From Raillietiella orientalis (lineage: Eukaryota): a stretch of DNA of 64,000 nt. Shown here one piece after another: positions 39,452-51,153 of the stretch; positions within the stretch are counted from its first letter, which is position 1; every line of letters begins with the position of its first letter. The notes under the pieces were generated by a model, which was not told the origin of the DNA, did no database searches, and saw nothing but the letters and a program-made list of their open reading frames with translations. Where the stretch lies: positions 62,001 through 126,000 of the forward strand of contig JAYWIR010000047.1 in the NCBI GenBank assembly GCA_036172245.1. The letters run 5' to 3'. A program made the translations under genes and the position numbers.

Positions 39452-39700
39452 GCTATGACGACGATAACGATAAGGATAGTAGCAACAGCAGCAATCATCG
39501 CAACGATGATGATGATAAGACTAAAATCGATGATAACAATAACGCAGTTGATGATGCAAAAAATGAAATTGACCATAATAATGGTTATTATGATAGTACT
39601 GCTGATGGAGATGATGGTGCCAATTATAGCCATGACGATGATAATGAGAACAGCAGTGATACGAACACTGATGCTACTAGTAATACTGTCTCAACTGTGT
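39452..39700 (+). repeat. Low-complexity triplet-periodic GAT/AAT/GAC/AGC tract
   Basis: One frame reads YDDDNDKDSSNSSNHRNDDDDKTKIDDNNNAVDD...; the other frames give Met/Ile-rich shadow ORFs. Confidence 0.75.
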
Positions 39701-40767
39701 GAATCGCTGTGTGAGGAGCACCCGGTGATTCCCGTCTTCGCTTCTCACTGGCCGTAAAGACCTTCTGTGTGTTCGCAGTCGCATCTGTCGTGCCGGGGAA
39801 GGAGGGAGGAGGTTGGAGGGAGAGAGGACTCTTGTAGATCGACCGCGCCCGGTGGCGCTGATCTCATCTCTAGCCTCGGTTATGAGCAGCGGATCACAGC
39901 CAGGTCGAATGGGAGCATTCGCGACTGCGAGTGCTTCCGAGGCTTTCCAGAAGTCCGGTCGGGGACAGGCAGCGTCCCCCAACATCGAATTCCCTCTCCC
40001 CTCTCCTTTCGGGGAGTGGTCCGGATGCGTCCCGCTGTCTAGGGAAGGCTGTTCCAGCGCATGCGCGCATTTCCACACGGTACTCCGGACATCGGTCTAC
40101 AAGTCTAGGAGCGAGTGTGGGTTGACGCCCTGAGGTACCCAATGCCCTGTCCCCTCACCCCCTCCAGTGGGGCGTGATGAGAGCAGCACCGCGAGTGTCT
40201 TGGCCCAGCACCAGAGGGGGCGAAAAAGTGCTTGGAAACGTCGTCCTGCTCCCCCGATGCGGTGCGTTCGCAGTCACCACACTTCTGCAAAAGCATTCCG
40301 CGAAGACCTCGCGGCGACACTCAGTGAAGGACGCAGGAGACTCTTCACTTCCGGGGAGAAACGGAGGCACGAGCTTCCTGTGCCTCGGCGGAAGGTCAGG
40401 TGCGCTTCTTGCACTCCCCTCGGAGGATTTTTTTTTATTATTTTACTTTTCTGCGCGAAGGGAACAGCAGGGCGGCAACAGAATGCCACGCATACGGAGT
40501 GGAGCGCTGCTATGGATACGCGTGGAATGCCACGAAGGGGGGAGAAGATCATCTGTCGGCAAGAGGAGAGGCACATTCTCCTTCTTACATGCCGAGGACT
40601 GTCCAGGAAGAGCACGGAGACCTCCGCTGTCGAGGGACGCAGGCGCTTTGATGGGAGAGGCACGGTGCTGCCGCCGCTCCTGGCTGCCAAACGCTGACCA
40701 TTCTTTATTTTTCCTCTTTTCCGGTGCCTCTCTGCCTCTTCGTCCTTGGCGGACGTTTGGACCACAT

Positions 40768-43700
40768 CTAGGGATGCTTCTGATTTCTTGGAGCTGGAAA
40801 AAGAGCTAGGGAGCTGAGCTCTGCGCCCAGGGCAAGCCCTCCGGAAGGGGCAAGAGAAAAGGGCAGGTAGAGAGATAAGGAATCGACAGAGTTTGGAGTT
40901 TGGACGGTGAGGGAGGTGGACAGAGTCGGGTAGGGCCTCTTTGGGTTGGCGGAGAGAAATGAAGGGAGAGTAATCGCCAGCGCCCTCTTACATAATGCTT
41001 TTGGGATGAATTCGCAGATGAAGGGGTACAGCGACGTGCATCTCGTGTCATACCACATGTAGTTCTCTGCGCTCATGTAGGAGCAGGACTCCGGTGGCGG
41101 GTCGTCGGTGCTCCCACTCGGGGAGAACATGCTGAACTTCCTCTCCGAGATCTTTACTTGCTTGTTGCTACCGCTCCACCATTTCCAGGTCTTCTGGTCC
41201 GCGGAGTCCTCCACGAGGACGGCGCCTATGTGAGCCTTCCCGACATCTGGAACGAGAGGTGAGCGTTTTCAGCTGGAGCCGACCTCCTCCTCCCCTCTCG
41301 GTTGCAGTCCGTTGTCCGCTCCTGCCGTTCTTCGTCTGGGAAGGAGGGGGCTTCCGGGAGAGCGGAAGCAACAGCCTCCACCGTCTTCGGGAACGGAAAG
41401 AAACTCTTGCCGCGACTCGACACCCGCCTGGCTCTTTCGCCTCTCGAGGGATTCTCGAAGCAGCTTCCCATTCCCTCTCTATCTGGAAGGGAACGGCGAG
41501 GCCTGAACGGCGCAAGAAAAGAGGGAAGAAATTTTTCTCCAAATTCAGGTCCAAAAGGGGAAGAAAGAAAAATGGAAGGATGCAAGGCGTCAACTCTTCT
41601 GTGGGTTTGGGCACCACTGTGGTCGGACGAACAGCAGGGGGCATTCAGAGAGGTTCGCCCAATGGCCCTCCCAGGCGGGATGCATGCCGTGTTCGGTGAA
41701 TGGTTTGTTACCAGGGAGACTACAGCCTATCAAAACATCCGTGCCCAACGAAGGTGAGACTTCGTTTTCTCCGTTCGATCGACACGCGTGGTGCACACAT
41801 GCGACGGACCCCCCCAAGAAACGCAGGCTCGTGAAACGCAGCAAATCAGCCTCCTGCAAGACTCCTGCAAGTTAAATTATGATTTGGTGGTATAATGCCG
41901 GCTCACTGTTTTTTTTTTTTTTTTAAAAAAAAAGAAGAAAAACACGAACACGTGATTTGATCAGGGTTCACTTTCCTTATATGCAAATTTTCGTTCATGA
42001 AGAAGCTCAAGAAGACATGTGCCTTGACGATGGAAGCTCCAATAACTTTTATTGTACTTCGCGTTGCATAAGAAAGAAGCTACAACTTTTGCTTTTCCTA
42101 TTTGCCATTTCACCAATTGCCACTTTTTGCTAATTGTCACTTTTGCTCTTCCTTTTTTTCAATTCAAATAGCGACTATCCTGCTCCGGAGCTTTCAGAAT
42201 ACATTTTGCATCTTTTTATAAATGCGTGTTTAACGCCACAGGTTCTGAGGACCTCGTTATACGATCTATGAGACTCGTATAACGCGTATCCTCATGACGC
42301 GCTACACAGGGGCCTCATCCTTGTTTGCATATATGTATGAATGCGGTTATACACTTGACGTTAAACACTCATTGCATACACCGATGACAGAGGTATGTAA
42401 TTTATACAAGTGACGTACAGCAGCGTGTTTGAGCAGATAAATAAAAAAGTGAGGATCTACTTTTACAACCGCGCTGAAGCGCTAAATTCGGCCAGAGTCA
42501 GCTCGAAGCGTGCGGCCCGTAGAGGGCGTTCCTTGCCACTTTGAGACCCAGGACTCCCCGATCGAGGACATTAAGGCTGACTCCAAGGAACAAACGATGG
42601 GTACCCGGGTTCGTCGAGGTGCGCCCACCCTTCGCCGACTCGACAAGGAACGCAGGCGCGACCCTCCCGAGGACGCGTGCCATCTGCCACGTGGTTCGGA
42701 AACGTGTCTGCATCTCTTGGTGACGAGGAGGCGGGTAGACGGCGCTTCCGGAGGCCTTCAAGGGACCGGGCCGCCGTCGAAGCCTGTGGTGCAGTTTCTG
42801 ACGACCGATTCGGACCGGAACTCTGCAGCCCCTCCGGTTCCTGCAGACTTCGTCGGCAGGGAGTCTCCTTCTTCGCACCGCTAGTGTCCTTAGCCGCACT
42901 GCATCTTCTTCGAGGGCGGGAACAGCGGAAGATCTTGACTCCCGGTTCATGCTGCTGCAGGGATTCGGGGTGGTGGGGTGGAGAGAGGGAAGGGCTGAGG
43001 TCGCTCTCGAGTCGTCCTTGCCGGACGCTGCACGGGTTCGATGTCCGCTCCTGTGGTCTTCTCTGTCCACTGCTCCGAAGCCTACCTGATGGGGAAGTCA
43101 CCTGAGAGGTGGGCGCCTCTGCCGATTCCCACCTACTACACGGATCCACCATGGTGGGCGCGCTGACCGGAAAGCACGCGGGTGCCGGCGTGACTGCATC
43201 CTCCGCCGCGCCCAGAGCAGTCGCTCCTCCGTTTCCCGAACGCATCATTCTGGAAGGTCTGAGTTCCCCTCTCCCTCTCCTCTTGATTCGCGGAATGCCT
43301 AGAGGAGCGGGCGCGCGGGTCTGATCTATCTCCCTTCCGCCGTCGCTTCGAGGGGAAGGAGGTCTCAGTCAAGTGAGAATTTCCGGCAGCCGCGCCTCTG
43401 CACGCCTGTCCCAGCGTCAGGAGCGTTCGATGCTGTGGGGGAAGAGAGTTGTCCTGGGAGTTCAGGACGAATCGCGCGAGAACACATCCGCAGATGGTCT
43501 CAGCATCCCGTACATGGGAGTGAGGGAAGGAGGCTTTCCCTGAATTCGTTGCGAGTCCTTTCGGAGCCTCTTTCAGTCGTGGAGTGGTCGGGCAAGGCCG
43601 ACCGGGAGCGGAGTGTCACGGGGTGGGTGGTGAAGTTCGGCTCTCGGTTGCCCGCCGAGGCGCGTCTCGGCGGCTGCGTTCCGGGCCCACCCTTCGGAAG

Positions 43701-46700
43701 GCGCCCTCCTCAGGGACGATCAGTTCCTATATGCAGCCAGGTAGGGTTGATGCAAACCCCTCTCTTTCCCTCCCTTCCCACCACTTCTGGTGCGCTCGCC
43801 CACTTGGACGCGCGGCCGATACTTGCATTTGTCCCTCATCATCTTGCCGAGGAACTCGTTGGTCCAGCCGTCCTCTATCCAGGCCAGCCGGCTGTAGAGT
43901 AGCTTGGAGCAGTATCTGCGGGCCGCCTCCGTGGTCTTTGGCTTCGTGAGGATAGCGTAGAAGTGGCCGTTGGGACTCTGCTGGAAGAATTCCTTCCCGA
44001 TCGGGGGAGGGTGGAAGTTGACCACATCTGGGGGAGAAGAGACGGAGATCGGAACGCGTCCAACTGGTCAACCCCGAGTTCTGCATTTCGCGTCGAGCCC
44101 AGAGGCGGCTGAGGCTGTGGATCACCTCCCAGGGGGGCTGTCAGCGCGAGCCGCCGCTTCCTGCGAAGGGGAAAGGGTGGAAGATGCAGGGGCGTTGAGG
44201 GTTGAGAAGGATTGAGGCGAAGGGACCGGATGAGACGACCTTTTCATGCGTTGCAAGGGACTCCACAGGCGGAGCGGCGCCAACATTCAGAAGACCTGGA
44301 AACGACGGAGGTTCCTTGTGGAGCCGGGTGCCGCTCTCTGTTGGTCGCCCCGGCAGGGAACGAAGCGGAGCGTCCTCCTTTAACCGATGCAAGAGCCTGG
44401 GCCACTGCTCGGAAGCGTTCTTTTGGCCATGCTGCGGCCAACAGGGAACGTTGCCGTGGGCAGATGGCGCTGATGGTGGCGTGCCGCTTCCGGAACCGTC
44501 AAACCAGAGGAAGAAGACAGCTCGGAGGAGATGGATTTATATCCCTCTGTTCCCTTGGTCCTCCGCATACTCCTCCCCCGCCCCACGCGTGATTCCGACA
44601 GGGCTCAAGGAACGTCTCCTTTCCACCGGCAGTCGTTGCCCGTATCCGTCGTCGCGCCGCCGCCCCGCGGGGCAGCTCTTCACGGGCAACTTTCCCCGGC
44701 GGACGAAGCTTCTGAGAGTTCCGGGATCGCGCGCCGACTCGGACCCTGATCTCTGGGTGCTGGATGCAATCTTGCGATCGTTGGACCCTCCTTCCTGCTT
44801 CCGACTCGACTTTCCAGACGGTCCTCCTCGTTTGGCGGTGACTCCCGATCGTATGGTCAGCCGGGACGCGACGGGAATGCCTGCCCCTCGACGCTCGTAA
44901 AGAAATTCTAAGCCAGCTCCATGCAGCATCTCTTCCGCCTGGAGAGGGCTGATGCAAGCCGTTTCCAAGGCTTGCCGCGACCGGGAATTTGCTGAGACTC
45001 GCTGTACCAAGGGTCGGGATGAGACTACCGCCGATCTTTGTTGGCAGGGTCAATACGCTGCTATCCTGGACGCGATTTAGTTAGACGGACGGGTGGTCGA
45101 GTTTCCAAGGAGACCCGCTTCTCAGGACACCGCAGAATTTGCGCTTGCTTACACATAAAGAGATGCGCTGAGGTCATCCAGAAGGTCAAACGAAAAGAAT
45201 CTTTCTCGCAAGATACGAGCTCTGCCCTCGGGGGATGAATGGAAGAGAAAAGGGGCGACTGGGATGCTGGGTAGTCTGCTGCGATCCTGGAGGAGTGCGC
45301 TAGGTGACGGGTCCGAGTGTTCCTCTGCAAGCAGGCGGCGGAGGAGAGTTGATGACGCAAGAGCACACGAATCAACGGGATCACAGAGCGCGGTGGATGA
45401 GGAAGGAAGCGGTAGAGATCACGTCGTGAGGCGAAAGCGCCTGTGCCGGAGGCAGCGCGAGGCCGGAGGAACACAGGAAGGGTCACTAGGGTGAGGACGC
45501 AAGAAAAAGGTCTCCGGAGACACGGGCCATTCCGGGACGCGCGAGCTCATGTGCCGACGAGGCGGCCAGATCCGAAGACGGAGAGTGCGGAAGAGAAAGA
45601 AGCCAAAAAGAAAGGAGGCGAAATTTCTCACAAGGACGCGTGTTGGTCCAGGAAGGGCCGCACGACGAGGGAATCCGAAAGTGGACGCTTGTTTGTTTGT
45701 TCTGCCCGTTTGTTGGGGAGTGCAGGAAAGATGAAGCCAAAGACATCGAGCAGCAGAGAGTCCTCCTGCGGTCGTGGTCTTCGAAGGATCCAGGGGCAGC
45801 AGGGTCAAGGGAGGGACTCTGGAAAGGATGGGCGCAGAACACGCTCTTGAGGAGAAACAGGGAGAGAAGGTCCCTTCCAAAAGGTCACCACCGACACGGG
45901 AGCTCTTTTGGACGACGGGGAAACTTCATCGGCCATGGAATCCTCTCGAATAGACGGGAGCGCGCTTAGTGCCTCCTCCGCCGGGGCGGACGGGAGACTC
46001 GCCCGCTTTTTGCTGAGCTCGCCCGAAGATGAGATCGTCCAGAAGAGCGAGTGGCGGCTCGAAGCGGAGCTCAAGAGGAGGGCTGGGCTTGGAAATCTCG
46101 GAAGCACCCCTTCAGAGAGTCTGGCAGTGCGTCCGAGCAGCGGTTGGAAGTCGCCAGGAGTCTGCACCGGCTGCCGTCCTCTGGTGGTCTTGTGAACGAA
46201 GGAGGGACCGTGGGGGACCCGAATGGGGACCAAATCCAAGTTGTCCGAGCGCGTGCGCGCGTCCCCTTTTCCTTTTCTTCTTAGCTCTCTCATCCGCTGA
46301 CCCCAAGGCTCGTCTCTCACCTAAGCACGTCATGCCGTCCCCGGTGAAGTAGGGCTTGCACTGGCACACGTAGCTCCCCTTGGTGTTGATGCACACGGCG
46401 TTTGCGTGGCAGGGGTGCTTGCTGCACTCGTCGATGTCTACGCAAGGAGAAAGAGGGCGTTGGCACCGCCCGCTCCCGGGAATGGCGGGTCCGGGGAGGT
46501 GGGTCGCGATGCCTCACCTGTGCAGAACGTCCCGTCCCCGGCGAAGCCAGCCTTACAGTTGCATCTGTAGCTCCCATGAGTGTTCACACACTCGGCGTTT
46601 TCGTCGCACGTCACTCGGTAGTCGGAGCACTCGTTCACGTCTGGAAAGAGACGGAGGAGAAGCGGGAAAGGAGGAGGAGGAATAGTGGAACCGACTTGGA

Positions 46701-49700
46701 GCTCTCTCTCAGCGGTACTCGCGAGGACTTTCTGGGAAGTTTCCCGGGTGCCCTCTGTGCCCACCAGGAAAGCGAGAGCTGTCTCGTAGCCTCGCGTCCG
46801 GAAAGGACAGTCGCGATCCCCTCAGGCAGATTCTGCAGGAACGGCGCGTGAGCGTGAGCGGTCAGTCCTCCTGTTGGCGGTGACCGAAACGCCAGGCGAG
46901 TAGCGGTGGAGGGAGGAAGCGCGCGAGCGTCGGAGGCTTTGGTCCGGACCTTCCTTCATGGAAACAGCCTCTTCCTTCGACGGTGGGAAGCCGGAGGGAA
47001 GCTCTTCCTGCTGCTCCTCCTTTGTCGCCCCCTCCTGCTCGTCCCCGCCGCATCCCTCTAGGAGGATGCGCCACTCATCCGAGGGGAGACAGCGGTGTCT
47101 ACATCCCACTTCGTATCCCGCGCCGAGCTTCACAGAGGGGTTCATGAGAGGAAGGAAAGGGGGAGGAAGGAGATCTGCCCAGAGTGGAAGGTCGGCGCCA
47201 GGAGCGCTTGGTGGTGGACTGCGACTTCGCACTCCTTCTGGTGGTGGCAACAGAGTCTCCACCACTTGGAGTCGAGAGACTTCGCCCGCGTCCCGCAACG
47301 CCACATCAGCTGGGGTAGGGTTCACGCCGTGGAGGAGCAGCTCGTGACCCCGTATCTAGGGGAAGAACCCTTGCCGGAAACGCAGGCCTGCAAACTGCGG
47401 ACAGCTTTTTTCCGTCCAGGAAGATCCGACAGCCTCGAGGGCGGGACATTGTCGCAGAGGTGAAGTGGAAGAGCTGGTTCAGCTGGGAAAATTCTGGATA
47501 TCCACCGTCCGCAGCGCCAAGGTCCGGTCCTTGGCGGGCTTCTCGTGCAAAAAGGGAGAAGTGTCCGTGGCTCGCAGCATCTGCGAGTGACAAAGCCGCT
47601 TCAGAGATGCTGCCAGCCCCTCTGCATGGGGAGTGGCGGGCAGACCTACAGCATGATCCGTCCTGAGGGGCGCGAGAACGCTTGAGGGAGAGACGAGCAG
47701 GAAGAAAGGGAGAAGAGCCGGAGGAATGGGGTGAGTTGGGGGGAAGGGATAAGGAAGCGGCACATCTGAGATCGGTGCGAAGGCTCGGGAATGAGGGACT
47801 GAGGAGAGGAGCCCGGGGTACGACGGTGCTGCTGCTGCGGGAACCGGAAGCAGCTTCTGCCTGGAAAAACGGACCGGTTCCTTGTCTGTAAAGGTGAACG
47901 CGAGGGTTGCCTTTGAGCTCCACGGTGAGCTCTGTAAGGCCCTCGGGTCCAGGCAGGCCTCCCAACTCACGAAGAGGGAAGACGGCCTGCGGCGATTCTC
48001 GTGCGCGAAAACCCTGTGTCCGATGATGGCCCCTGGCGCTAGGTAAGGAAGACTTCCCGTGGCTTCCGAGATAGGTCCTTCCTTGTTTGAACTGCACCTC
48101 TCAGGACGTCTCGCTTCTCCCGGTCTCGCAGCAGCAACGCCTCACAGCATCCAAGCCCGGACTCACTTGACATCCACCCTCGTCACCTCTAAAGCTCCAA
48201 TCCGACGGGCGAATACGAGTGCTCAAATCACTGGCGTATGGAGTCACTTGGAACCCTGGTAGCACGCTCAGAGAGACTATCTCCCCCGACCCCACTATCA
48301 CCCTCGAGACCAATGACAGTGGCGGCAGCTTTCGTCGGGTGGCGTCGCCATGGTCTTTACGGACAATCCACAGCGTAGCTACGCACCACTCGCATGCGCG
48401 ACTCTTCTCCTCCCCTATCCAGTTCCCTGACCTTACGGGGTTGCACAAGTCGGTGACCCGCGCTCCCTTCTTTCCAGGAGCAGCGCGGCTTTTCCCAGGA
48501 GCGCTCGTTCCCAGCGGAGGCTTGCCCTCGGTGAAGATTCCGGAGACGAAAAGCCTGGCGCGGGGCGGGAGTGGAGAGAGGGAGTTCCTCTTCAGCTTCC
48601 GGGATCCGGAGGTTCGGGGCTACGGGCCTCGGAGGCTTCTGGGGAGCCCTCGGGTCCCGCTGCCGTCCTTCCGAGTAGCCAAGGGGCCTCCGCCTCGAAC
48701 GGCCGCGACAGCGTGCGGACAGGGCGGGGTTCGGAGGAAGAGTTCCGGGAAGTCACGAACCTGAGCAGGAGAATCCGTTCCCGGTGAAACCGACCATGCA
48801 GCTGCACTGGAAGCTCCAGGCGTTGTTGGAGCAGATGCCGTAGACGTGGCACGGGGAGTTCTTGCACTCGTTCTCATCTGCAAGAAGACGGAGGACGTCG
48901 GAGGAGCACCAGGGACGCCGCCTGCGCCCCAGGGGCTGCGAGCGGCCAAACGCCGGCACCTGAGCGAGCAGACGGCGAGCTGGGACCCGTGGGCGCCGGA
49001 ACGGCAGCGAGCTCGAGCACGCAGATCGCATACGCGTGGGCGCACATTTTGTAGTCAACATGCGTGCGTGTGCACGCCAGAGCGTGTCTCCGTGCGCGCA
49101 GGTGAACAGAGAAACTCCCAGTCCATAACTTTAAGGACTCGGTCAAAAAGCAAGTCCTAGGATTTGTTCCATAAGTAAGTTATGGGAATTGCTCCATGGG
49201 TAAGTCCAAGGACTCGGTCCAAAAGTTCTAGGAATAAGGTCAAAAGTGAGTTCTGGGATTCTATTCACAATTTGTAGGGTTGCGTTTCTTACGGCCACGC
49301 TGGCCAAACCGTGCGCATGCGCACAGTGGTACCACGTGTCGTGTGCCTTGCTTGGGTGGTGCGCAAAGCGGCGGACTGCGCGCTTCGCTTTTGGCAAGGA
49401 GCTGCGTTTCTGCCTCGGAATTTTGGGGTGGTCGCGAAGGGAGGATGGGGTGGTGCGGCGGCTTCAGACGCATCTCCGCCGGTTCGAAAGGCCCACGGGA
49501 GACGACGACGCGAAATTCCCTGACGTTTTCCGGCAGAGAGCGCGCACGCTCGCGTTCCCGAGATAGAAGGGAGAGTGATCAGTCGACAGAGGACCACGGA
49601 TGCACAACGGTCTCTGGGTAACAAGGAGAGCCGACAGCGGCGTTGCAGAGCTGCTACTACGGAAGGAAGCCACGAATCGGCCGACCTGCCGGATGACAGT

Positions 49701-51153
49701 CGGTACTCCAGGAGCACGGGAAACCGTGGTGCCGTACATCTCGCGCAAAGGTTCGAGGGGACGGGAGCTGCACGCACGACCCGTCCCGCGTTCCGAGGGG
49801 TTGTCGCGAGAGCGAGGGGACGCGCCCGTATTTTGGCGCCTGAAAACATCCAAACGCTGGACCTACCCTCGTGCACGCCGATTCGCCTCCTGACCATTCC
49901 CCAGATGGAATGGCAGCTGAGGCTTCCCCTTTCGTCTGGAGCCTTCAGTGACGTTCAGGTAACTGCGACAGGGAGTACGAAGGAGGTCCCTTGGAAGGAC
50001 AGGCCGGTGCCATGCAGAAGTTGGATCCCCTGCTTAGCGGCAGCGCACAGAGCCAGATGGATCCCATTATCAATAAAGAAAATGTAAAAAAAAAAAAAAA
50101 ATCCGCGTTTTCTTCGCTTTTTCATGATCTCATCACCAACAGTTTTCAACCGCGTCGTGTACGGCACTGCAAGCAATCTGCGACCATCAAGGTCTTTCTT
50201 TTGACCCCGGAGCGAGTGTGCTCTCGACAGTTGTCCGGTGGACATTCTTCTCGCCAGAGGGCGCTCTTGACCCTCCAAGCAGTCTGGAGCTGCACCGGCT
50301 CCGACCCCGTTCCATCCGTGCGGGTCGTGCCTCTCTGTGCTGTCTGCTGCGTGTGCGCGCCCGAGAGCGCAGCGCGTCACCGCGTCACCGGGTTGCAGAG
50401 GAGGAAGGAAGGAAGAGGCTGGGATTCCCGGTTCACTCCCTCCGACCCGGATCGCTTGCCTGCAGCCCGCTACTGTCTGTACGCGCATGGAGGGACCACG
50501 GAGCTTGGAGGGTGCAACCTCGGGGTCGAGGTCGAGAGCCAGTTCCGTGGATAGGGAAGAGCGTCCAGAAGGGCGGTACGGACCATGGCTCTCGAGAGAC
50601 AGAGGTTTTCTCGGCCCTTCCTCGTGAGGCCCCTGCCATTACATGGATCCACCGAGGAAAGGAGGAAAAGAGGGGGGAGTAACGCATTCTACGGGTTGCG
50701 GTCGTGACGTCATGAAGGAGGGGAGAAGGAGGAGAAGGTGCCGTCTCTCTCTCCTGGAAAACGCTCGAGCGAGCCCGGAACGTGGAGGAAGCCAGGTGGG
50801 GCAACTGAAGGCCGCGATTCAAGCGCCCTCTACCTCGGTGGAACACGACGTCTCATGCCGGTCAATGCACGCGCGCACACGAGCGCGTAATTCATGTGGA
50901 AAGGTGGATCGTCCCGTCCGGCCGCGATCCGCCGATCCGGGAACGGGTAGCGGAGAGGAACTGGAACCCTCTGGGGAGGTAGGGGGGGCGCGGATGCCGC
51001 TGCTCTGCGCTTAAGGGCCCGCCTCGGGTGCGCATTCGTTACCAACGCAGGTGGTCCCGTCGAACTGTGCCCCCGGGTCGCAGGCGCAGTAGTAGCCGTC
51101 CTCCGTGCTGTTGCACCGTCCGTGCTCTCCGCAGGGATGGGAGTCACAGGGAT
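40768..51153 (-). CDS. EGF + 3x calcium-binding EGF + C-type lectin domain protein (3' part of the EGF/CTL locus)
   Basis: Phase-1 exons 51153-51043 ([14 protein letters not shown]...), 48877-48761 ([10 protein letters not shown]...), 46640-46518 ([15 protein letters not shown]), 46437-46321 ([15 protein letters not shown]), 44027-43827 (CTL N-half: AARRYC..LAWIED..NEFL) and 41246-~40992 (HIG..WKW..C..WYD..C..YPFICE). Stop at 40768, reached with or without a final intron. Confidence 0.85.
42530..42830 (+). mobile_element. Decayed RTE-like LINE 3' fragment in a lectin-gene intron
   Basis: [14 protein letters not shown] (~'LR.I..i.W...N.EVR') followed by TWFGNV (~'RWFGHV'). Confidence 0.35.
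46700..48150 (-). mobile_element. Decayed RTE-clade LINE (RT domain to C-terminus) in an EGF-gene intron
   Basis: Ordered motifs on -: [18 protein letters not shown] (~QAGFRPGRS..DQIFTLRQL), DLGAADG (~DL.YADD), [11 protein letters not shown] (~I.LDG..LE.V), [11 protein letters not shown] (~LRWFGH), [10 protein letters not shown] (~RPPGRPRKTW). Frameshifted. Confidence 0.75.
49850..50600 (-). mobile_element. Possible further decayed LINE RT fragment
   Basis: Weak ordered similarity on -: PGIPASS (~RGISLL), [14 protein letters not shown] (~li..lY..t...V..G), YIFFID (~LF...ID). Confidence 0.3.

Noticed and set aside
39365..39757. Hydrophobic Met/Ile-rich ORF and its antisense partner 39295-39633 as membrane proteins
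   Set aside because: These are shadow frames of the GAT/AAT triplet tract.
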